Assembly (NCBI RefSeq): GCF_006345805.1
Contig: NC_043004.1
Location: 78,306,001-78,370,000 of the forward strand
DNA from: Octopus sinensis
Taxonomy: Eukaryota
Length of the DNA: 64,000 bases
Direction: 5' to 3'
The notes below the pieces were generated by a model. It searched no databases. It was not told the DNA's origin and saw only the letters and a program-made list of their open reading frames with translations. Below are positions 47,245 to 60,019 of this stretch, one piece after another; the stretch's first letter is position 1; each line of letters opens with the position of its first letter. The position numbers were made by a program, and so were the translations under genes.

Positions 47245-48329
47245 GTTAGTTCATTTTATACGATTCTCTGTAAATCTGTTCTATGCTTCACTTGCAATCC
47301 AACTTCTTTTTCTAGCCAGAAACTGACTGCTCACCCTGTTGGTTTTAAATTGAAGCAATTCCTATCAATTTTTTGGGGTTCAAATAATATATTTTTATGT
47401 GTATGTCTCCATTGAATTTATTTTTATGTTCATACACAGTACTTTTTTTTGCCCAGTTTTAAACTTAAAACTGAATGAAATTGGTGTTGAACTTCCTAAA
47501 TATATAATTTATTATTCCTTCACCTCAGCCCTCCATAAACTGACTTTCACCATTGACCATGCCTTCATTCCTTGTATCCACCTCTGTCCTCATCTCTAAT
47601 CAGCTTCCACTCTCCTTTCACACTCTCACAATTTCTAAAGATGTATGTTATCTTCAGAAAATAAGACAAAGTTCATGTAAAAACTACTCACACATGATAG
47701 GTGGCTTCAGTACAGTTTCCATTTACTAGATCTATTCACCAGGAATTAATTGGCCTTGGGCTATAGTAGAAGATACTTGCTGAAAATGCTGTGCAGTAGA
47801 ATTGAAACTAAAACCTTGTGGTGTTGAAGCAAACCACTTAACCATTCAACCAAACCTGAATTTAATTCATTTTGTTTTAAAACTAATTCCAGAGAGTGTT
47901 TTCTGAGTACAGTGTTAACTTTCATATGTTGATTGTATCAGGAACTACTTACTATAAATTCTTTTTTAATTAACTCTGGAAAGTCAGGCTTGATTGTTAG
48001 TTCGAAGGCCATTGTTCTTCCACAGTACCATTAATTTGTCATTAATCTGGCTATACAGCTACGACTCTTTAACTTTCTACACTAACGTACCATCTACTCT
48101 GTTTAATATCTCTGGTTAGTTTGGTTTTATGAGTCATACCTAGTTTGTCTGGTTACTCTTATGACAGTTTGCACAATTAAATAAATACTTAACCAGCGAA
48201 ATATTTAATTAACTAATCAGTCTTGATAGAGAGCTGTAGCACTAGCTATCAGGCCTAGTTTAGATAGAGTTAAGTGGATAAGGGGAAAACTTTGCCTCTG
48301 ATAATGTGCTAAACTAATCTTCTTTAATT

Positions 48330-48725
48330 TGGTCCACTCATTTATCTGTGGCCATACTGGGGCATCACGTTGAAGGGTTTTTAGTTAAACAATTCAACTC
48401 CAGGGTTTATTTTTCTTTTCAGGTGTAGCACTTATTCTCTCACTCACTTCTACTGAATCATTAAGTTATGGAGAAGTAAACAAACCAGCACTGGTTGTCA
48501 AGCGGTGGAAAGGGGGAACCAAACACATGCCCCCCCTCCTCCCATGCAACATATTTATTACTGGCTTCCTGTATAGTTTCTGTCTAATAAATTCACTCAT
48601 GGCATTGGTTGGCCTGGAACTATAATAGAAGGCACTTGCTCAAGGTGCTGCACAGTGGCACTGAACCCAAAGCCACATGGTTGCTAAAACAAGCTTCTTA
48701 ACCACACAGCCATGGATGCACCTAT
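48330..48725 (-). mobile_element. SINE family A (a further partial minus copy lies at about 47690-47840)
   Basis: Reverse complement of family A, diverged. Confidence 0.75.
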
Positions 48726-49879
48726 AATGCGCATGACTTTTCTTTGAGAACCAGATAAGATGGGGATTTTAGAAATAATTGCCTGCTTGTTGTAACCTGG
48801 GAAGACATTAACCTATGACCCTTTATTTTGGAAGATAATTGATTCTTTTTAATCTATAGCTTAGTCAGGAGGGGCAGAGGTGTGCTATACCATTGGGAGT
48901 GGATCAATATTTCTGCTTGAAGTTGATGTCTGTAAAAAATATGTTTGGAGAGAATTCTGGTGAGTAAGGATTGGGCAATATAGTTTAAATTAGGATATAG
49001 GTAGTAAGAGACTGTAAGGTGACATGAAGTTGGAGAGATTGGTGTATGAGACGGGCTAAGATGAAGGTAGTGAGTAACTTGGTCATTTTCTTCCACTCCA
49101 CATTGAATATTAGATTTTATAACTGAATAGTCAATAATTTTTACCAACTCTTTATGAAAAGGAAAACAGATTGAGAAATTTCTGTCAAATATTTACCAAT
49201 CTTCTCCCTACCACTCCTCTAAAATGTGAGTAGTCATGTAGCTCTTCTACAGCAAGAAACCTGCTCCACTCTGGCCCCTTTTCTCATTCTTTTAACTCTC
49301 ATAACCTAGCATGGAACTGCCTCTCAGGGTTTGTAGTCTTGCAGGTTGCATGGTGACATCACTGGTGCTGGTGGCACAATAAAAGCACCAAGTAAAGTGG
49401 TTGGTGTTAGGAAGGATATCCAGCTGTAGAAATTGTGTCAAACTAAACTGTGGAGCATGAAGCAGTCCTTGGGCCCATTGGACCCTCTCAAACCATCCAA
49501 CACATGCCAGCATGGAAGCTGAATGTGAAATGATGATGCTAATGATTTCCATATAATTTCATTGTTGTTACCATAAAATATACTGATATAAATTGGTTGA
49601 GCTTGTTGCTTATATATCATCATCATCATCATTTAACGTCCGTTTTCCATGCTGGCATGGGTTGGACAGTTTGACTGAGGTCTGGAGAGCCAGCGGCTGC
49701 ACCAGGCTCCAATCTGATCTGGCAATGTTTCTACAGCTGGATGCCCATCCTAACTCCAACCATTCTGAGAGTGTAGTGGGTGCATTCTACATGCCACCAG
49801 CACAGGGGCCAGTCAGGCAGGCCTGGCATGGATCACATTCGGATAGTGGATATATATATATGTATAAGTAGTGGGGGGG

Positions 49880-50200
49880 GGGTCTCCGAAAGGGGTCCCA
49901 GGAAGTAGCGTCCCTGCCCTCCTGAGCTAGTTTCACACCACATTTCTTAAAAACTGTAGTAGAGGCCTTGGTCTTGGGGCCACTCATGTCTAGAAACTGA
50001 GGTTGTGGGTAAGCAAAGGCATGCTCCCTGTAGAAAATCCACCTCCAAGAGGGCCTCATGACTCATGATAGCAAAGGAGAACGGGTACTAGCCAGCTCAA
50101 AGATTGGGGTGGGCTGCACCTGCCTACCTCGGTTTCTATAGCATTGAGGTAGATCCAGCCACCCTTGTTAACGGGGACAAAACCCAGATCTAAAACACTG
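49880..50200 (+). mobile_element. Candidate bipartite non-autonomous RTE derivative (5' UTR-like part plus the 3' tail of the 14604-15014 lineage)
   Basis: 50136-50200 matches 14931-14995 (ctat.gcattgaggtagatc.agccac...ggggacaaaacccagat..aaaa). The upstream GC-rich part is non-coding and contains gtaagcaaaggcatgctccctgtagaaa, a motif I associate with RTE 5' UTRs. Confidence 0.55.
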
Positions 50201-51513
50201 GATTATATATATATATATACACACACACATACATATGATGTGTGTGTGCATGTGTGTATGTATGCATGCATATGTGTGTGTGTGTATGTTTGTGTCTCCT
50301 TGCCTTGACATTGCGTGCAATTTGTTTCCTATATTTTGCAAAAACAAGCCATGGGGAAATACCTTTCTTTGAAATGGATGAGAATTGCTGACAGGAAGGG
50401 CATCCAGCCATAGAATGTATTTTCCAACCCATGTAGCGGTGGAGTTTTAATATATGTATACAAAATTTTTTCATTTGTGCAAACTTTTTTCCATAAAAAA
50501 AAAACCCCAAAAAGGTGGGAAACTACTTTCCATCGTTTATTCTTGTTAAACTTGATAGAATCTCATTTGATAACAGTGAAAGTACAGCAGCAGCAGCAGC
50601 ACTTATTATATTGTAACTTAATACTTGTTTTTTACGAGTAGGAAGAAGTAGCCTTTAGTGTATTATAAAAAAAAACAACAAAAAAATTGTATATACATCT
50701 ATGATTTAATGAACAAAGAACCAAAAAAAATGGTACTGTTTACTGAAAAGTTGCCAATCTGGTTGAGCATTGTCAATTTAGGTGGTTGTGTTTCCACTGG
50801 CTTCATTCCATATTTACTCTTATGGTTGGAAGTATTTTTATTTGGGGGTTTCTCCTTTATCCTCATCTGTTATTGTTGGCATGGTTACTGGGGAGAAAGT
50901 TTAGCTCTCTGGTTTAATATCTGTGCTGTAATTAAACCTGCTAACCTGAAGCAGATTAATTTTTGTTGGGGAAATCTCCCTTACTTCATTCACTGTAACA
51001 GAGGGTTACAGGGTAGATACAGAACGACTGGATTTAGGAGTTTCCTGGTTTGCTGGAAGGGGTTTTCCCTCTGAACACAAGTTGTTCTTGAAATGAATAC
51101 AAAAACCAATGGAATAAGAAGAAAACTAACAACAACAACACTTGTTTCTGTTTTTTGGCACAAGACCTGAAATTTCAGTGAGGGGGTTAGTCAATTATAT
51201 CCACCCCAGTATGCAACTGGGACTTATTTTACCCACCCCAAAACAACGAAAAGCAAAGTCGACCTTTGCGGAATTTGAACTCAGAACATAAAACCAAACG
51301 AAATGCCACAATGCATTTTGCTCAGCGTATAAACAATTCTGTTAGCTTGCCATAATAATTATAATAATAATAATAATAATAATAATAATTAATCATCATC
51401 ATCGTTTAGCGTCCGTTTTCCATTAAATATTATAATAATAATAATAATTAAATATTATAATAATAATAATAATTAAATGTAATAATAATAATAATAATTA
51501 TATGTAATAATAA

Positions 51514-51830
51514 TCATCATCATCATCATCATTTAGCATCCGCTTTCCATGCTAGCATGGGTTGGACGGTTCAACTGGAGTCTGGGAAGCCAGAAGGCCG
51601 CATCAGGCCCAGTCTGATCTGGCAGTGTTTCTACGGCTGGATGCCCTTCCTAACGCCAACCACTCCATGAGTGTAGTGGGTGCCAGACGGGGCTGGCAAA
51701 CGGCCATGGACAGATGGTGCTTTTTACGTGCCACCGGCACAGGGGCCAGGCGAGGCTGGCGACGGCCACGATCAGATGGTGCTCTTTACGTGCCACCGGC
51801 ACAGAGGCCAGTCGGGGCGGCGCTGGGATA
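51514..51830 (-). mobile_element. Young RTE-tail repeat with internal ~60-bp tandem units
   Basis: CpG-rich; the unit ttt(t)acgtgccaccggcacag.ggccag occurs twice, with a third partial unit upstream. Confidence 0.82.
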
Positions 51831-52481
51831 TTAATAATTAAATTTAATTAATAATAATAATAATAATTAATAATAACCCTAACCCACCTGGCAGATTACA
51901 TTTAGAGTGCCTCGATTGAAACTAAACATGTTCTTTCAACTGTGTCGGCCTCCATTTTAGGTGCAAAATATACTGTCATGTAATACTAACACATGGGCAT
52001 AGCAGGAAACCTGCAAAAGGTTCTAAACTTGAATCCCATGTTCATTCTCTACAAACACTTGACAGAAAACATTCAGAGCATTGATTGTTTGGCACTGTCA
52101 CTAGACATGTTCAGTCAACTGTGTCAGCCTTAACTTACAACACCAAACCTCTCTTGATGCTAACACACAAAAAATGTTAAGACCAGTCATGTGACTATCT
52201 TCTACCAATTAGCATATGTTCAAAACATATACTAATTTGAGCCATGAACTCCCTATAAAAACAGGGCAAACTTCAAACACCAGTCAGGAGCACGACAGCT
52301 GCAACATAAGCCATGTCTTTCTCTTTGAACTTTTTGAAAATCAGTGTAAACTGTGAAACCGGTTAAAGCTTTAAATATAATAATAATAAAAGATATTTTA
52401 ACTATTCTCAGTACATTTTCAACTTCTATTTTTCCTATATTTCTACCCATGTGGAATAAAATAATTTTGTTTTCTCTCTCA

Positions 52482-52537
<56 letters not shown>

Positions 52538-52539
<2 letters not shown>

Positions 52540-52674
52540 TTCGATTCGATTCGTTCGCTTCGTTCCGTTTCTTATTCTCCCAGTACTGTTTTATATATAT
52601 ATATATATTATATATATATATATATGGTTCGATTCGATTCGTTCGCTTCGTTCCGTTTCTTATTCTCCCAGTAC

Positions 52675-52680
<6 letters not shown>
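52538..52680. repeat. Two identical 55-bp CpG-rich units (52538-52592, 52626-52680), each embedded in (TA)n
   Basis: ggttcgattcgattcgttcgcttcgttccgtttcttattctcccagtactgtttt occurs twice with no mismatch. Confidence 0.95.
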
Positions 52681-52714
<34 letters not shown>

Positions 52715-52865
52715 TCACACTCATACACACACATGTAAATATATAGAAGCATCTGATGTGATGGACGTTTCCTACACGCCTACTAATCTTTAAGTGAGAC
52801 TATTATTAAATATATATGTAGCTACTAACAAATGTATTGAGTGCTACATTTTTTCTTTGTTCACT

Positions 52866-52909
<44 letters not shown>

Positions 52910-53949
52910 AAATCTTCACATTGTTTAACGTATCTGGTCTTTCCTTTACCTGGTTCATTGTTCTTGCCTCAAGTTTTTTTTTTCATCCTTATATCCTCTA
53001 CATCTAATTTTCTTCAAGTCACAACCAACATAGAGGTAGCTGTTCCCCATTGCTGATTGACGCCTGTAATTTACTGGTCAACCTTATCAAAGCAAGACTG
53101 CATCACTGTCCACTTTCCTTACATGGAATGACTCACATCAATGATAATAATAATATTGTTGTCATTGTCCCATTGTTGATTCTATTTCTTTCTTCTACTT
53201 CCTTCATGTTAAATAATTAAATCTAAATTCATTTCATGTCAAGTACCTGCCCTACATTTTACAGACTAAAGTTACAGACTGTAGTCACACATTCTGCCAC
53301 AGTTCAATGTGTTACTTAAGTTGGACATCAGTCAGTGTCTTCTCTATTGTTAAGTCTCATTGCTGTTGTGATGCTACTCAAGTTTAACTTGCTTCTCAAC
53401 CACATGATTTTGTGTTCAGTCCCATTGCGCAGTACCTTGGGCAATTTATTTTCTACTTTTGACCCAGGTTGACTTGTCATTGTACAAGCAGTGTCGTTGT
53501 TGGCACTTTTGATAAGTATCAACGTACGAAACTCTCGGATCTTGGGTCACTGTTACTTACGCTGAATATTAATAAAAATATACATATACTCATATTTTGA
53601 GCTCTGTTTTTCCTGTCTGCATCACCATACCTATATACATGTGTGTGTGTGTGTGTCAGTGTTGGTCTCCTACCAACTCTTGACATTTCGTGTTGGTGTG
53701 TTTACATCCTCACAACTTGGTGGTTTGGCAAAAGAGAGTGATAGAAAGATCCCCAAACTTAAGAAAATTAGGCCCTGGGGTCGATTCATTTGACTAAGAT
53801 TCTTCAAGATAGTGCTCCATCAAGGCCACAGTCTGATGACTGAAATAAGTAAAAACTAAGAGATCCCTTCTTTTTTAATTACCAAGAAGAGAAATTCATT
53901 GACCTCCATGCAATTCTTATGTCATTGCCTTCGTAATGTCAGATAGGTT

Positions 53950-54151
53950 TTAACCCTTTCAATACCCACCCCACTGAGACCACCCTTGGTTCTATCATAC
54001 ACACTTACTGCTTTAAAATGATTTAAATTAAAACCTCAAAATCAAAGTTTCATGTTAATCTATGTTCCAAATATTGGCATGATTATGACTTTCAAAATTA
54101 ATTGAAGCAAAAGCAGTAAATTTAACAGAAATATGGTAGCAAAAGGGTTAA
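53950..54151 (+). mobile_element. piggyBac-like MITE, TTAA-CCCTTT...AAAGGG-TTAA, followed by a partial tandem unit to about 54540
   Basis: TTAA at 53950-53953 and 54148-54151; imperfect 13-bp TIR ccctttcaatacc / ggtagcaaaaggg. Confidence 0.72.
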
Positions 54152-54207
54152 AGTGATCTTAAAACCTTCCACCAAAATTTCATTTGGTTTATGTTTCTAA
54201 CACCACA

Positions 54208-54428
54208 TTAATTATAGTTTCAAATTTTGGGCACAATGCCAGCAATTTCAGAGGAGTGGGCAGGGGGTGAGTCGATAACATCAACCCAACTGGTACTTAT
54301 GTTATTAACCCCAAAAGGATGAAAAGCAGAGTTGACCTTGGTGGAATTTGGACTCAGAATATATAAAGCTGGGCAAAATGTCACTAAGCTTTTTGTCTGC
54401 TAACAATTCTGCCAGCTCTCAGCCTTTA
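54208..54428 (-). mobile_element. SINE family B nested in a TTAA-MITE array, with a 9-bp TSD AACACCACA
   Basis: Reverse complement of family B; AACACCACA at 54199-54207 and 54429-54437. Confidence 0.82.
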
Positions 54429-57175
54429 AACACCACAGTTTAGTAATAACAAAGTTATTTTTACTAAACTCTTCATTATTTTTAACATTAATTAATGTAA
54501 ATGTATTTGAACAGAAATATGGTAACAAAAGGGTTGGAATAGTTGGTAATTATCTTAATCTTGTTAAACACAGTAACTTCCCCTCCACCCCCACCATTTT
54601 CAATCCTCAATGGGAAACACTGCTTTAGTGTTCTGGAGGTTGTTGACCTGTTCAAAACTGACATGAAGTGTTTTTGACAGGGACAGTTTTAGATTTTAAG
54701 TTGTCTTTTAATTTCATTCTTGAGAAATATTTTAAAAGACTGTTGTTGTTGTTGTTAAGGCTTCACTAGTCAGGAGACACTTGATTGAATGAGAATGGAC
54801 AGAGTCACATAACTTAATGAAACAGATCATTAATGACTCTTCGAGAAATGACCTTCAATTAAACTGATGAATATTAAGAATGTCTCTTGGTAATTTCAGT
54901 TTTATGAGATGTCAGAGATAAACTCTGCTGCTGCTGCTACTACTACTACTACTGGTGAATGCCGTATGACAGGAAGAATAACCCAAGCAATAAATTTTAA
55001 CAAGGGCTAAGCTTATGTTCTTTTTATCTTGGATCAAATGTCATTGATGGATGGAGTTTATCATGTCTCTTTGCTCCCCCAAATCATTTTACTAACATTT
55101 TACATAAATTCCATTTTTCTGATGCCCTATTTGCTTCCTGTGTCAAAGACACAATAGAATATCTCTTGTTTCAGTTCAATGTAGAATATCTGAGTTTTGA
55201 TGGGTTTGGTTTCCATCTTTGGTTCTCCTAGAAAACTTGATATAAGGAGAATTGTTTTAATATTAGGTTATATAGCAAAGCAGTGAACTGACAGAATCAT
55301 TGGCGTCCCAGACAAAATGCTTACCGGCGTTTCGTCTGTCTTTACATTCTGAGTTCAATTTCTTCTGTTGTTTTAGATTCTACATTGTATTTAGTTAATA
55401 AAACTGGCACACAGTTTAATAATGTCAGTCTGAGGCCCTGCTGTTTGTCATGCTGTTTTGACTTTTCATTCTTCTTTCGTTTAGAAACCACTGGTATTAA
55501 CCTCTTTACCTAAACATCCATGCTTGTTTTCAGACTTTTAGTTGGCCCTTGATTCATATGTTTTGGGTTAAAATATAAAGCTTTCCTTTGAAAACTTTCA
55601 AGTTTTCAATCTGGTGGTTGAAAGAAAAAAAAAGTTGGTAATGTGTATCATATATGATGCATGGATACCCAGGAAATATGTCCTGTGTATCACCATGTAA
55701 ACCGGGTAACTGACCCCATGAATCCTAGGGCTTGAGACAGTAATATTCAGGGGCTGATGATGACGATGATACTGTGTATCATATTTATCTTATTACAACT
55801 CTTCTCTAAGGGAACAATGGGTTCTGTCAATGAGTGCCATTTAAGCATACAGTCTACCTGGCCATTTACACTTTAGTATGCATTCTAACCCCATCCATAA
55901 ACCCATCCATAAACTCAACCTTAAACCAGACCCAGATCAGGTCATTTCACAGCATTGACTATGGATACTGTGACAGACTGCATGCTAAAAAGAGCACCTG
56001 TCAGCCCCCCTCAATGTTTACATAATATTTGCCACTATCATTCATCTGTTGTTGCACTCACAAGAAAAACATTATCATCATCATCATCATCATCATCATT
56101 ATTATTATTAATATTATTATCTAAGAATGAATTCAATTGTAAATATTTCCTTCTTCTGGACTTTCCAGATATTTAAATGATGGATATTGTGAAACATTTT
56201 GAATTTTTGGTGTCAGTTTTATTGATTAGATATAATTAGTTCATAAACAGGTTTTTGTGATTATTCCCATGTGTTCAATAAGTGTGTCTAAGCTAAGAAA
56301 AAAAAATCAATCAAAATAGAGGAATCTCTCTGGGTGATTGCAAACAAGTCAAAAGAGGTTTCAAAAGACACCAAAATCCAGTCTGTGTGTCGTCACCTCC
56401 TCTGGTTGTTCTATTCTAAACAAATGATTTAATTTGGATTTGCCCTTTAGTTGGAGCATCACAGTTTACAGGATTCTCCTTTCAATAAAAGTGAAAAATA
56501 ATGTGAAAATAAAAATGAAACTGTAAATTAACTGATGACAACAGCTACGGTCAGCTTCTTTGTTGTCATCATGCTTTAATGGCTACATCTATCAAATCTT
56601 CTGGCAATGTTTGGATCAGTTCAGGGCATCTAGAAAATGATGCCCACAGTGTCACAAGGTGGGAATGAACATGAATTGACGTGGCTGGGATGCACACTTT
56701 TTAATCCCACAACCTTTCTAATAACCAAGTTTCCTTGCTGCTTTCCAGCTCCTCAGCAACATACTGCTAAATGTCCACATATTCACAGCTCTTGTAACAG
56801 ATGACACCTATTGATCATAGTATAAAAAGAAAATTAAAAGAAGACAAACCCCAGAGGTGATGTTAGAACAAGGGTATGGGTCTCCCTTGCTAATGTGCTG
56901 TTTGTTCTCATCATTTTATTTTCAAGCATCATTTGAGCATGACCGATGTCAGTGCCACCTGACTGGCACCCATGCCGGTGGCTTATAAAAAGCACCTGCT
57001 ACACTCTCGGAGTGGTTGGCATTAGGAAAAGCATCCAACTGTAGAAACTTTGCCAAAGCAGATTGGAGCCTGGTGCAGCCTCCTGGCTTGCCAGTCCTCA
57101 GTCAAACAATAACCCTAACCCCAACCCATGCCAGTACGGAAAGTGAACGTTAAACGATGATGATGTATGTAGAAA

Positions 57176-57415
57176 CAGCATGGCCTAGTGGTTAGAGCAG
57201 GTGGTGTTATGTTTTTAAACAAAACATTTCATTTTCCATTGCTCCAATTCACTCAGCTGTAAATAGGTGCACCCCGTGACAGACTAGTCTTCCAATGAAG
57301 GGGAGTGTTGGCCTGCATGCCTAGCCAGTGGGGTGGTGTCATTCCAAAACTAAAACAATGTGAAACGCATTGTGACCAGTGATATACAACATCTGATAGT
57401 CTGGTCAGTGCTGTG
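57176..57415 (+). mobile_element. SINE family C (internally deleted)
   Basis: Shares head, core and tail with 11200-11490. Confidence 0.72.
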
Positions 57416-58719
57416 ATACTGTGATGAATGGACAGAGACGACCTAGAGAGGATGTCTTAGTCTTGGCATGGACATGGTAACTTCCTTAAACTGGTCCAAC
57501 AACTCAGTGGTTCCGTAGTTGTTTTCTTTTCTTTGCATCTCTTTTGCCCTTGCAGCAGTTGACCCTGGGTGTGACACCATGTCATGTCTGATTGATTAGT
57601 GAGATGTGTGTGTGTGTGTGTGTGAATATCTCACAAACTGGCCTTTCCACCCAATCCTCTTCATTCTCTCTTACATTCACCTTCTTCTGCCCCAAAGCTA
57701 TGATCTGACACCTCATCACTCCCGTCTCTTTTCTCTCATTCCAGCTGGAGTTGTCATGTGTCTCGTCTGCAGTAAGACACCTGTTCCTGTCCCTCTCTCA
57801 CATTTTAACCTCTCAACACTGGACATAAAGCCTCTTCCCTTAATATTACACCTCCATTCAGTCAAGGGGCCTGTTTGGTGAGTTACTTGGTGCCCTTGCT
57901 AGTCTTGGTACCTTGTGAAAAGCACCCAGTACAGTTTGGAAGGGCTTACAGCTGTGGAAACCTGCCAAAGCAGACTTTGTTGCTCTGTTCAGTCCTCTGG
58001 TTTGATCATTCCTGTCAAACCATCCAACCCATGCCAGCAGGGATGACGACCTTCAAAAGATGATGATGATCTATATGTGTGTGTGTGTATAAATATTAGA
58101 GCTGCATGTATATATTTGTGAGTATGTGTAAAAGCCATGAATATGTATATATTCATGTCTGTATGTATTAAAAACATTTTTTGGTAATGTTAAATATAAA
58201 AGTACATCATACTTCTGTGGCTGTTGGTAACTTTAGTTCCTTTCTTCCTCAGATACCCCAACCACAATCAATATCCTGTATTTTTATTATCCAGACCTCC
58301 CCCCCCCATTGTTCATTGTCATCCAGCTAATTTGATTTTAATCTAACACATATTTTTGCTCCCGATGCAATTATTTTGTCATTAGCAGAGACAGGGGGTT
58401 CTTGAATGCCTTCCAACTACTCCGCTATTCAGAACATGTTCCGCTATCTCTGACTTCTCTCTGTGTAAAAAATTGGTCACATTTCCTCTATTAACTGCAG
58501 GAAATTCAGGAACAGCAGCAGTAGCAACAAGACCAGGAAGAATCACAGAGTGATAAGATGTCCCATTCTCAGATCGGTTGCTCTTGTATGGGTTCTCTTA
58601 TGTTTAACACAAAAAATAATAAAAAGGATTATTGGCTTATGGATTAAAGGGATTAACTGGAAATAATCATTTATGACCTGAGCATTGTTTGTATGACGTT
58701 ATTGCTGTAATCTTTTACT

Positions 58720-59045
58720 AGTTTTAGTTATGAAACTGGCCATGCTGGGGCACTGCCTTGAGGAATTTTAGTTGAACAGATCGACCCCAATACTTAATTT
58801 TCTTTTTAAATGTGGTGCTTATTCTATCAATTTCTCTTACAGCTAAGTTACAGGGACATAAACACACACACACACATACACACAACAGGCTACTTTTAGT
58901 TTCTGTCTACTAAATCCACTCACAAGAATTTGGTCAGCCTGAGACTATAACAGGAGACACTTGCCTAAGCTGCCACACAGTGAGAATGAACCTAGAACCA
59001 TGTGGTTGAGAAGCAAACTTCTCACACCACCATTCCTGCGCTTGA
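58720..59045 (-). mobile_element. SINE family A (another partial minus copy lies at about 60595-60830)
   Basis: Reverse complement of family A. Confidence 0.75.
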
Positions 59046-60019
59046 AGAATATTCTTCTTAGCATGCAGTTACTAGTGGATACTTGCTAGTGACGAAGCTC
59101 AGAGCGGCAAAAGTCTGTATTTAGCAATAGCATCATGGCTGCTGGACAGTTTTTCTCTGTTGCTGCTATATTTCTGTGTTTTTTAACACTATATGTCTAT
59201 AAAAGATATTTTCTAGAGACGAACACTGCAGTTTAAAAGAGTTTCACTAATTGATCTACTTTGAGTATGGTATATAGATTGCTATTTTAATTTTGTTTTT
59301 CTAAGCTTTGAACAAGGTTGAAGAAATGAGGAAGAATAAAAATAAGCTTGCAGCTATTTACAATCTGTTGTTGAGTCATTAGTAAACCTTAATTAGTTTA
59401 CGTAGAGTGTGTGTGTGGAGGAGGGGGAGCAGCTTGTTTATTGTTTTGTTTTTTCTTTTAACTGCAGCTATTTGGTGGTTGTCGCATTTCCTCGCTTCTG
59501 TTTGGAGCAACAATCTACTTTCAGTACCTTCCTGGTTTTTATCTCCTCACTGATCTGCAAGTTGTTGTAAGGATAGTTGGTACTGTCATATTTATTGTAG
59601 GCCACAATCAATTTCGGTGTCTGGTGTCTGTGACTTAGGTAGGCTCTGTGTGGATATGAGTGTATGTGCATGTGATTGTGTGTGTGTGTGATTTACATGT
59701 GTGTGCTTGTATGTGTGTGTGTGCTATATTTTGTTATTAATGTAGCTACCATAATTAATCTTGTCTTTCTTGATCAGAGCTACTCATTATCATAATGATT
59801 GTTTTTCTTCTTCGTTCTGGTTGTGAATTTAATTAACTAAAATAACTTCTCTCACTACATCCATTATATCATCACCCACTTTTCTATGTATCTTTCATGC
59901 TGCAGGCCTCCCTGGGTAGTACTCCTTTCTCTGCCTCATCACCCATTCTCATCTAGTCTTCAAGGGTAAATTAAGACAGTTGTATAAACAAATTGTGGCT
60001 ATTTCTGTCTGTCTTTGTG

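Noticed and set aside
56533-56571. 11-bp stem hairpin starting in CTGATGA (hammerhead or pre-miRNA?)
   Set aside because: No GAAA or stem I/III, and it is too short for a pre-miRNA.
58499-58555. Exon-like segment after ctattaactgcAG as the next SARA exon
   Set aside because: The phase-1 frame hits TGA after 17 codons with no good donor before it, and there is no FYVE similarity.
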